DNA of 64,000 bases from an uncultured Actinomycetota bacterium (GTDB taxonomy: Bacteria > Actinomycetota > Actinomycetes > Propionibacteriales > Nocardioidaceae). This document shows positions 35,943 to 44,228 of the stretch, one piece after another. The notes beneath the pieces are model-generated. The model had not been told where the DNA came from and searched no databases. It was given only the letters and a program-made list of their open reading frames with translations. The stretch is taken from NCBI GenBank assembly GCA_963781475.1, contig CAWAGJ010000006.1, positions 5,580 to 69,579 on the forward strand, in the 5' to 3' direction. A program made the position numbers and the translations under genes. Numbering within the stretch: the stretch's first letter is position 1; each line of letters begins with the position of its first letter.

Positions 35943-36478
35943 CGGTCCTCCCCCGTCGTGCTCCCATGTCCGGCACCGGCGTCGTCGTGTCGCGCCAGCT
36001 CGGCGGCGAGCCGGGACCGGGCGCGGACCAGCCGGGAGGACACCGCGTTGGGCGTCGTGCCGAGCACGACCGCGATCTCGCGGGGTGCCAGCTGCTCCCA
36101 GGCCCAGAGCCGCAGCACCTCCGCGTCGGTGGGTGGCAGCGCGGCCAGCGCGGGTCCGACCCGGTCCGCGCGCGGGTCGGCCGGTCCCGGGTCGGTCCGG
36201 GCGGTCGGCGGCGGGTCGAGGACCGCCACCCGGGCCGCGAGGCGCCGTCGGCGACGGGCGGACCGGTCGGCGTTGGCCAGGCAGTGCCGCGCGACCGCGT
36301 ACGCCCAGGGCAGCGCCCCCTCCCCCGCCGGCAGCGCGTCCCGCCGCCGCCAGAGGACCAGCAGGGTCTCGGCGAGCACGTCCTCGGCGGTGTCGGGGTC
36401 GGTCCGGCGCACCAGGAACCGCCGCAGCGGCTCCAGCAGCGGTCCTACCCGGGCCTCGAACCCGTCGCCGCCCACCAC
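35939..36478 (-). CDS. ECF (group 4) RNA polymerase sigma factor
   Basis: ORF 35939..36628 trimmed to GTG at 36478 (VVGGDGFEARVGPLLEPLRRFL...). Region 2 (AEDVLAETLLVLW) and region 4 HTH (LAPREIAVVLGTTPNAVSSRLVRARSRL). The longer N-terminus reads through repeat array B (..VMSAGWERHLGG..), so I rejected it. Confidence 0.85.
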   Translation of the reverse strand: MVGGDGFEARVGPLLEPLRRFLVRRTDPDTAEDVLAETLLVLWRRRDALPAGEGALPWAYAVARHCLANADRSARRRRRLAARVAVLDPPPTARTDPGPADPRADRVGPALAALPPTDAEVLRLWAWEQLAPREIAVVLGTTPNAVSSRLVRARSRLAAELARHDDAGAGHGSTTGEDR

Positions 36479-36495
36479 CCGACCACCCTGGCACA

Positions 36496-36563
36496 GCCCG
36501 CCGAGATGACGCTCCCAGCCGGCCGACATGACGCTCGCAGCGCCCCGAGATGACACTTGCGGG
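36496..36563 (+). repeat. 22-bp repeat array B, left arm (3 units, GAGATGAC orientation)
   Basis: Cores at 36501 (CCGAGATGAC), 36523 (CCGACATGAC) and 36545 (CCGAGATGAC), exactly 22 bp apart. Confidence 0.9.
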
Positions 36564-36618
36564 CGCCTGCCGGCCCGTGGTCGCGTACGCACGGCGACCT
36601 GCCGGCGACGGCCCCACA

Positions 36619-36732
36619 CAGCCGTCATCTCGACCCCACGCGACCGTCATCTCGGCCCTGCGCGACCGTCATCTCGGCCCTGCGCGGCCGTCATCTCGGC
36701 GGTGCGCGGCGGTCATCTCGGCGGTGCGGGGG
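36619..36732 (+). repeat. 22-bp repeat array B, right arm (5 units, GTCATCTCG orientation)
   Basis: GTCATCTCG cores at 36624, 36646, 36668, 36690 and 36712, exactly 22 bp apart. Units 2 and 3 are identical (ACCGTCATCTCGGCCCTGCGCG). Confidence 0.95.
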
Positions 36733-36827
36733 CCGGCGTCCCCGGGTGTCCCCCACAATGGGCCGTGCCGACGCTCCCCGGGGTGCGCCGGTGCCCCTGG
36801 TCCCCCGGAGCATGAGGAGCGTGGCCG

Positions 36828-37862
36828 ATGTCGCTCGCCAGCACCCGTCCCGCCACCGACCTCCGCACCACGGCCCCGCTGGACGAGGACGACCTGGCCG
36901 GTGCCGCGGAGGTGCTGGGACGCATCACCACCGCCTTCGCCAGCCGCGTCGTGGGGCAGGAGCGGCTGCGTACCGCGCTGCTGGTGGCCCTGATGGCCGA
37001 GGGGCACCTGCTGGTCGAGAGCGTGCCCGGGCTGGCCAAGACCCTGGCGTCCTCGACGCTCGCCGAGGCCGTGGGGGCCTCCTTCAACCGCATCCAGTGC
37101 ACGCCGGACCTGCTGCCCAGCGACATCGTCGGCACCCAGGTCTACGACCCGCGCCACCACACCTTCACCACCCAGCTCGGCCCCGTGCACGCCCACGTCG
37201 TGCTGCTGGACGAGATCAACCGGGCCAGCGCCAAGACGCAGTCGGCGATGCTGGAGGCGATGCAGGAGCGGCAGACCTCGATCGCCGGGGAGGTCCACCC
37301 GCTGCCCCGTCCCTTCCTGGTCCTGGCCACCCAGAACCCGCTGGAGGAGGAGGGCACCTACGTGCTGCCCCAGGCGCAGCTCGACCGGTTCCTGCTCCAG
37401 GAGGTGCTCGACTACCCCACGGCCGCCGAGGAGGTCGGCGTGCTGGACCGCGTGGACTCCGGCACGCTCGGGCGCGAGACGAGCCCCGTCGCCGCGGTGG
37501 TCGGTCCGGGTGAGGTGGAGGCGCTGCAGGCCCTGGTGGACCGGGTCTACGTCGACCCGGCCGTGCGCCGCTACATCGTCGACGTGGTCGGCGGCACCCG
37601 TGCGGTCGGCCGCCTCGTGGGCCCCGAGCTGGGCGCCTACGTCGAGACCGGCGCCAGCCCGCGCGCCTCGATCGCCTTCTTCCAGGTCGCCCGCGCGCTG
37701 GCGGTGCTGCACGGTCGTCACTACGTCGTGCCCGAGGACGTGCGCGAGATGGCCCACGGGGTGCTGCGGCACCGGCTGCACCTCTCCTTCGAGGCCGTGG
37801 CCGACCGGGTGCGCCCCGAGGTCGTCGTCGACGCGGTCCTCGCGGCCGTACCGACCCCCTGA
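36828..37862 (+). CDS. MoxR-family AAA+ ATPase (AAA_3 type)
   Basis: ORF 36828..37862, with GAGGAG upstream of the ATG. Walker A-like ESVPGLAKT, Walker B VLLDEINRA, ATQNPLEEEGTY.LP.AQLDRF. Confidence 0.93.
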   Translation: MSLASTRPATDLRTTAPLDEDDLAGAAEVLGRITTAFASRVVGQERLRTALLVALMAEGHLLVESVPGLAKTLASSTLAEAVGASFNRIQCTPDLLPSDIVGTQVYDPRHHTFTTQLGPVHAHVVLLDEINRASAKTQSAMLEAMQERQTSIAGEVHPLPRPFLVLATQNPLEEEGTYVLPQAQLDRFLLQEVLDYPTAAEEVGVLDRVDSGTLGRETSPVAAVVGPGEVEALQALVDRVYVDPAVRRYIVDVVGGTRAVGRLVGPELGAYVETGASPRASIAFFQVARALAVLHGRHYVVPEDVREMAHGVLRHRLHLSFEAVADRVRPEVVVDAVLAAVPTP

Positions 37863-37871
37863 CCCGCGTCG

Positions 37872-38783
37872 GTGACCGCCCTCGTCCCCCGGGTCCAGGC
37901 CCGGCTGGCCCTGCCCGCGCACCGGCTGGTGCGCGGGATGCTCGAGGGCGGGTACGCCGCGGTGCACACCGGCCGCGGCATCGAGCTGGCCGACCTGCGG
38001 CCCTACGTGCGCGGCGACGACCCCAAGGACCTCGAGCCGAAGGCCTCCGCGCGCAGCGGGGAGCTGCTGGTCAAGCGGTACGTCGCCGACCGGCGTCACA
38101 CCGCCCTGCTGGTGGTGCCCACCGGCCGGTCGATGGCCGCCCACCGGCGACCCGGACCCGACGGCACCGCCGCCGACGCGACCACCAAGCGCGACCTCGC
38201 CGCCCTGGTCGCCGGTCTGGTCGGCTGGCTCGCGGTACGCCACGGCGACGCGGTCTCCCTGGCCCACGGCGACGCCGACGGTCACCACGTGCTGCGCCCG
38301 GCCGGCGGGGCCGCCCACCTCGAGCGGTGCCTGCAGGCCGCCCACGCCGCGACCACGCCCGACGCCGCCCCCACCGACCTCGTCGGACTGCTGCAGCACG
38401 TGGCCCGCACCGTGCGCCGCCGCACGATCCTGCTCGTGGTCTGCGACGACGAGGACGCCTCCCCCGCCCTGCTGGGCGTGCTGCGGCGCCTGGTCGCCCA
38501 GCACGAGGTGCTGGTCGCGGGCATCGGCGAGCTCGACCCGACCGCCCCCGACCTGCGCGGGAGCACCTGGGACCTCGACGCCGGTGCGCCCCTGCCCGCC
38601 TGGGTCCGCCGCGACCGGCGGCTGACCGCCGAGCACGCCGCCGCCACGGGCGTGCGCACCCGGGCCCTGGCCGACGTCGCCGCGGCGGCCGGGGCCTCCT
38701 TCGAGCGGGTCGGCGACCAGGACGACGCCGTCCGGGCCGTGCTGCGCCTGCTGGAGAGGCACCGGCGTGGCCGCCGTCGCTGA
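37872..38783 (+). CDS. DUF58 domain-containing protein (MoxR partner)
   Basis: ORF 37872..38783 with GTG start. GIELADLRPYVRGDDPKDLEPKASARSGELLVKRY is the DUF58 signature. Confidence 0.88.
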   Translation: MTALVPRVQARLALPAHRLVRGMLEGGYAAVHTGRGIELADLRPYVRGDDPKDLEPKASARSGELLVKRYVADRRHTALLVVPTGRSMAAHRRPGPDGTAADATTKRDLAALVAGLVGWLAVRHGDAVSLAHGDADGHHVLRPAGGAAHLERCLQAAHAATTPDAAPTDLVGLLQHVARTVRRRTILLVVCDDEDASPALLGVLRRLVAQHEVLVAGIGELDPTAPDLRGSTWDLDAGAPLPAWVRRDRRLTAEHAAATGVRTRALADVAAAAGASFERVGDQDDAVRAVLRLLERHRRGRRR

Positions 38784-39264
38784 GCTGGTCGCCGCCCAGG
38801 ACGTCGCCGGCCCGGTCGGGTACGGCGTGCCGTGGGCGCTGCTCGCCGCCGGCGCCGTCGTGCTGGTGCTCGTCTACTACGCCGTGGTGCTCGCGGCGAC
38901 CCGCCCGCGACGTCCCGCCGGCGACGGGGGGCGGCCGGTCGCGGCGCGCGCCCGGCGTACCGCCCGCGAGCTGGCCCTGGCCCGCCTCGACGAGGTCGGT
39001 GCCGCCGTCGCCGCCGGACGCACCTCGCCCCGGGCCGGCCACCTGGAGGTCAGCGACGCCGTCCGCGCCTACCTGGCGGCCGTGACCGGCCGCCCGGCGA
39101 GGGTGATGACCCTGGCCGACGCGCGACGCGACGGCCCGGAGGAGCTCGCGGCGCTGCTCGCGGAGGTCTACCCGCCCGAGTTCGCCCCCGGCGAGGCCCT
39201 GGCGCGGGACCGGTTCGCCGGCTCCCTCGCGGGCGCCCGGGGCCTGGTGACGACGTGGGGCTGA
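38767..39264 (+). CDS. small membrane protein of the Bat-like operon (DUF4381-like)
   Basis: ORF 38767..39264. One TM (VPWALLAAGAVVLVLVYYAVVLA). Overlaps the DUF58 gene by 17 nt and the next gene by 10 nt. Confidence 0.6.
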   Translation: MAAVAELVAAQDVAGPVGYGVPWALLAAGAVVLVLVYYAVVLAATRPRRPAGDGGRPVAARARRTARELALARLDEVGAAVAAGRTSPRAGHLEVSDAVRAYLAAVTGRPARVMTLADARRDGPEELAALLAEVYPPEFAPGEALARDRFAGSLAGARGLVTTWG

Positions 39265-41378
39265 TCGACCTGCAGCGCCCCGAGGAGCTGGCCTGGCCGG
39301 TCGTGCTGCCCGGGACGGCCGTCGCGGTGGCGCTCCTGCTCGGGTGGTGGGCCTGGCGGGTCCGGCGGTCGCGCCGTCCGGCACGGACCGGACGGACCGA
39401 CCCCGTGCTGGCCGCGCACGTCGCCCGGCTGCGGGCGCTGCCGCGCCACCGGGTGCTGGCGCGGCGCCGGCGCCTGCTCGGTGCGCTGCTGGCGGTGGGC
39501 TCGCTGGTCGCGGTGGCCGGCGCCGCGGTCGTGGTGGCGCGACCGCAGGTCGAGCGGACCGAGCGGGGCGAGGAGCGCAGCCGCGACATCATGCTGTGCC
39601 TGGACGCCTCCGCGTCGATGGACGACGACAACGTCGAGGTGGTGCGCGCGGTCCGCGACGTGGTCGACGGCCTCGAGGGCGACCGGGTCGGGCTGACGCT
39701 GTGGAGCGGCGCCGCGGTGACGGTGTTCCCGCTGACCGAGGACCGCGCCTACGTCCTGGACCAGCTCGCCGTCGCGGAGCGGGCGTTCGCGCGGGGCGAC
39801 GAGTCGTACTTCGCCGGGGTCCAGCTGTCCGACCCGCGGGCCTCCCTGATCGGGGACGGCCTGGTCTCCTGCGCGCAGCGCTTCGACCGGCCGGAGGAGG
39901 AGCGGGCCCGTGCGGTCGTGCTGTCCTCCGACAACAAGCCCCTCGGCCAGTCGGTCTACGACCTCGACACGGCCGCGGCCTACGCCGCCCGCCGCGACGT
40001 CCTCGTCTACGCCGTCGGCGCCCCGGACCTCGCCGGGTCGGGACGGGTCGCCGCCCGGGAGGAGCTGGCCGGGGCCGCGGAGGCCACCGGTGGGCTGCTC
40101 GCCCTGGTCGGCGACGACCGTGACGCCGAGACCGTCGTGGAGCGGATCGACGCGCTCGAGCGGGCCCGGGTGGACCTGCCGCCCCGGACCGTGCGGGCCG
40201 ACGCCCCGGGGTGGGCCGCGGCGGTCGCGGGTGCCGGGGTGCTGCTGGTCGTGCTGGCCTGGCTGGTGGGCGCGGCGCTCGCCCTCGGTGACCGGGTGGC
40301 CGGACGCCGCACCCGGGCGGACCGGACGGACCGGACGGCCCCGACGGCCCCGACGGCCCCGGACGGCCCCGACGGCCCCGACGGCCCCGACGGGTGGCGG
40401 GCGATGAGGCGCGCGGCGGTCCTGGTGCTGACCGGCCTGCGGCGGGCGCTGCTGCTCGGCGTGCTGGCGGCGCTGCTGCTCGGGGTCGGTGACGTGACCG
40501 CCTCCGACCAGACCCGTCTGCCCGCGCTCGAGGTGGTCGTCGCCGTCGACCGGACCACCTCGATGGCCGCCGAGGACGACCCGGCGGGCTCGCGGATGGT
40601 GGCGGCCCGGGCCGACGTCGGCGCCCTGGCCGAGGCGCTGCCGTCGGCGCGCTTCTCCGTGGTCGCCTTCGGCGCGCGGGCCGAGGTGGAGCTGCCCCCC
40701 ACGACCGACCGGGTGGCGCTGGGCGCCGAGCTCGCGGCGCTCCGACCGGAGGCACCGACGACCGGGGCCGGCTCCGCGCTGGCGCGCCCGGTACCCCTGC
40801 TGGCCGGGGTGCTCGGCGGCGCGGAGGACCGGGCGGCCGCCGGGCCGGCGGGGTCACCGGGCCCGGCGCCCCGGCAGGTGCTGGTCGTGCTCAGCGACGG
40901 CGAGGACACCGCCCCGGGACCGGCCGGGTCGTGGGCGGCGCTGGCCGGCTCCACCGACGCGGCGCTCGTGCTCGGCTACGGCACCCCGGGGGGCGGGACG
41001 ATGCCGCTGCCCGACGGCACCGGGCCGGTGACCGACCCCGCGACGGGAGCACCCGCGGTGTCGCGGCGCGACGACGCCGCGCTGGCCCGGATCGCCGACG
41101 AGGTCGGCGGCGACTACGTCCCGCGCACCGGGGCCGCCGGTGCCGCGCCGACCGATGCGGCGACCGATACGGCGATCGACGCGGCGGCGGGCCGGCTGCG
41201 GGGAGACGCGTACGCCGACCTGCCCGGCGCGGTCCCCGGTCGCCAGGCCGGCTGGGTCTGGGGCGCGCTGCTCCTGCTGCTGGTGCTGCCCGAGCTGCGC
41301 CTGGGCTGGCGTCGGTGGCTGGAGGGCCGCCACGAGACCCGGCTCGGTCGCGCCGCGCGACAGGCGGTGTCCCGGTGA
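39255..41378 (+). CDS. fused double VWA-domain membrane protein (BatA-like + BatB-like in one frame)
   Basis: GTG at 39255 in ORF 38832..41378. First VWA has MIDAS LCLDASASM and a C-terminal TM. Repeat linker RTDRTDRTAPTAPTAPDGPDGPDGPDG. Then a second N-terminal-looking TM (MRRAAVLVLTGL...) and a second VWA (VAVDRTTSM). An in-frame ATG lies at 40404. Confidence 0.8.
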   Translation: MGLIDLQRPEELAWPVVLPGTAVAVALLLGWWAWRVRRSRRPARTGRTDPVLAAHVARLRALPRHRVLARRRRLLGALLAVGSLVAVAGAAVVVARPQVERTERGEERSRDIMLCLDASASMDDDNVEVVRAVRDVVDGLEGDRVGLTLWSGAAVTVFPLTEDRAYVLDQLAVAERAFARGDESYFAGVQLSDPRASLIGDGLVSCAQRFDRPEEERARAVVLSSDNKPLGQSVYDLDTAAAYAARRDVLVYAVGAPDLAGSGRVAAREELAGAAEATGGLLALVGDDRDAETVVERIDALERARVDLPPRTVRADAPGWAAAVAGAGVLLVVLAWLVGAALALGDRVAGRRTRADRTDRTAPTAPTAPDGPDGPDGPDGWRAMRRAAVLVLTGLRRALLLGVLAALLLGVGDVTASDQTRLPALEVVVAVDRTTSMAAEDDPAGSRMVAARADVGALAEALPSARFSVVAFGARAEVELPPTTDRVALGAELAALRPEAPTTGAGSALARPVPLLAGVLGGAEDRAAAGPAGSPGPAPRQVLVVLSDGEDTAPGPAGSWAALAGSTDAALVLGYGTPGGGTMPLPDGTGPVTDPATGAPAVSRRDDAALARIADEVGGDYVPRTGAAGAAPTDAATDTAIDAAAGRLRGDAYADLPGAVPGRQAGWVWGALLLLLVLPELRLGWRRWLEGRHETRLGRAARQAVSR
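40319..40393. repeat. 9-bp coding tandem repeat (GACGGCCCC / GGACCGGAC variants)
   Basis: ggaccggacggaccggacggccccgacggccccgacggccccggacggccccgacggccccgacggccccgac. In frame, it forms the linker between the two VWA halves. Confidence 0.85.
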
Positions 41379-42127
41379 GCGGGCGGTCCGCGGGCCGGGA
41401 GGCGTGGCGTCGGCGCCTGCTGCTGCTCGGGACCGTGCCGGCGCTGGCCGCGGCCGGGTTCGCCGTGGAGGTCGCGGTCGTGCTGCACCACGACGCGCAG
41501 GGTCGGGCCGCGCTGGAGGACGGCGAGCCCGCCCGCGCCGCGGAGTCGTACGCCGCGAACCGGTCGCTGAACCTGCTCGAGCCGTGGGTGGCGCCGTACG
41601 ACGAGGCCACCGCCCGCTTCCGCGCCGGCGACCCCGCCGGGGCCGTCCGGGGCTACGCCGACGCGCTGCCGCTGGCGCCTGCGGCGCGGGAGTGCCGGGT
41701 GCGCACCGACCTCGCCCTGGCCCACGGCGCCGTGGCGGCGCTCGCCACCACCGCCGACGACCCGGGGTCGGCCCGCAGGGCGCTCGCGCGGGGCGTCGCC
41801 GCGCTGGCCGACTGCCCGAGCACCGACGACCGGGCCGCCGAGGTGCTCTCGACGCTGCAGGACGACCAGGCCGCGTCCGACGGGACCGACGAGCAGGCCG
41901 GGTCGCCGGACGGACCGCCCGACGGGCCGCCGCAGGGACCCCCGGACGACTCGCCGGGTCAGGGCGAGGCGGCCGGGCAGCAGCAGGAGCTGGGCGAGCG
42001 CAACGACCGCGGCCGGGAGAAGCGGCAGCGGGCCGAGGACCGGGCCGACGGGACGGGGCTCGCGCGCGGTCCGGGGCAGGGTGACCCGGGCCCGGGCCCG
42101 ACCGGCCCGCCCGCGTACTCCTGGTAG
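41375..42127 (+). CDS. TPR-like protein with Pro/Gly/Asp-rich tail (BatC-like)
   Basis: GTG at 41375 overlaps the upstream stop (GTGA). Frame of ORF 40931..42127. N-terminal TM, then TPR-like helices (EDGEPARAAESYAAN...FRAGDPAGAVRGYADAL). Confidence 0.65.
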   Translation: MSGRSAGREAWRRRLLLLGTVPALAAAGFAVEVAVVLHHDAQGRAALEDGEPARAAESYAANRSLNLLEPWVAPYDEATARFRAGDPAGAVRGYADALPLAPAARECRVRTDLALAHGAVAALATTADDPGSARRALARGVAALADCPSTDDRAAEVLSTLQDDQAASDGTDEQAGSPDGPPDGPPQGPPDDSPGQGEAAGQQQELGERNDRGREKRQRAEDRADGTGLARGPGQGDPGPGPTGPPAYSW

Positions 42128-42258
42128 CCCAGATGACGCTCCCGCACGGCCGAGATGACGGCGGGAGACGGCCGAGATGACGATTCCTCACGGCCAGGCT
42201 CGCGCGCTGCGGCCGCGAGCGTCACCTCGAGGCGCTGCGAGCGTCACCTCGGCGTGGC
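42125..42258 (+). repeat. 22-bp repeat array C (3 units GAGATGAC orientation + 2 units GTCACCTCG orientation)
   Basis: Left cores at 42128, 42150 and 42172. Right cores at 42221 and 42243. All intra-arm spacings are 22 bp. The array starts at the stop codon of the upstream gene. Confidence 0.9.
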
Positions 42259-42293
42259 GACGGCCCGCCCGAGCACTGCTCGGACGGGCCGTC
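42259..42293. terminator. 17-bp-stem hairpin between the Bat-like operon and groEL
   Basis: GACGGCCCGCCCGAGCA-C-TGCTCGGACGGGCCGTC with one mismatch. About 120 nt downstream of the groEL stop. Confidence 0.55.
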
Positions 42294-42300
42294 TGGTCAC

Positions 42301-42347
42301 GCTGTGGTGCTGGTGCTGCTGGTCGAGCTGTGGTGCTGGTGCTGCTG
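42301..42347. repeat. 21-bp direct repeat x2 (period 26) downstream of groEL
   Basis: GCTGTGGTGCTGGTGCTGCTG at 42301-42321 and 42327-42347. Followed by GGGCCTGAC x2 near 42376. Confidence 0.75.
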
Positions 42348-42412
42348 CTCACGCAGCGGCGGGACCCTGCGAGTCGGGCCTGACGGGCCTGACGGCCCTG
42401 CTCAGGTCAGGC

Positions 42413-44053
<1,641 letters not shown>

Positions 44054-44166
44054 TCACGCTTAGAGTCGGTGGGACCGACTCGGTGGGCTGCCCGCGACGG
44101 ACGGTCCAGCGGCCCCGGCGAACCCTTTCTCGCCGGTGCGTGGACCTCAGCTTGCACCGCTTCGGT

Positions 44167-44193
44167 TTGTCACTCTCATGGTAAGAGTGCCAG
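44167..44193. promoter_or_regulatory. CIRCE-like HrcA operator (distal, degenerate)
   Basis: TTGTCACTC-tcatggtaa-GAGTGCCAG, compared with the consensus TTAGCACTC-N9-GAGTGCTAA. Confidence 0.6.
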
Positions 44194-44201
44194 CGAAATG
44201 T

Positions 44202-44228
44202 CTAGCACTCGGCCCCGTCGAGTGCAAA
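44202..44228. promoter_or_regulatory. CIRCE HrcA operator (proximal in sequence to the upstream gene end)
   Basis: CTAGCACTC-ggccccgtc-GAGTGCAAA. Overlaps the last codons and the TAG stop of the ATP-grasp gene. Confidence 0.8.

Noticed and set aside
36496-36732. The phased repeat arrays (also 3961-4074, 42125-42258, 55146-55257, 55997-56063) as CRISPR arrays
   Set aside because: The period is only 22 bp, and the inter-core segments are short (about 10-12 nt) and themselves semi-conserved, not unique spacers. Both orientations occur within one locus. No cas genes or leader are present in the window.
36528-36993. ORFs reading through the repeat arrays (36528..36815, 36550..36993, 36557..37513, 41959..42225, 42177..42383, and the N-terminal 50 codons of 35939..36628)
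   Set aside because: Their translations are periodic repeat products (..VISAVRERHLG.., ..SRPCAAVISA..) with Arg/Pro/Ala-rich composition and no domain. The sigma factor has a good GTG start at 36478, downstream of the array.
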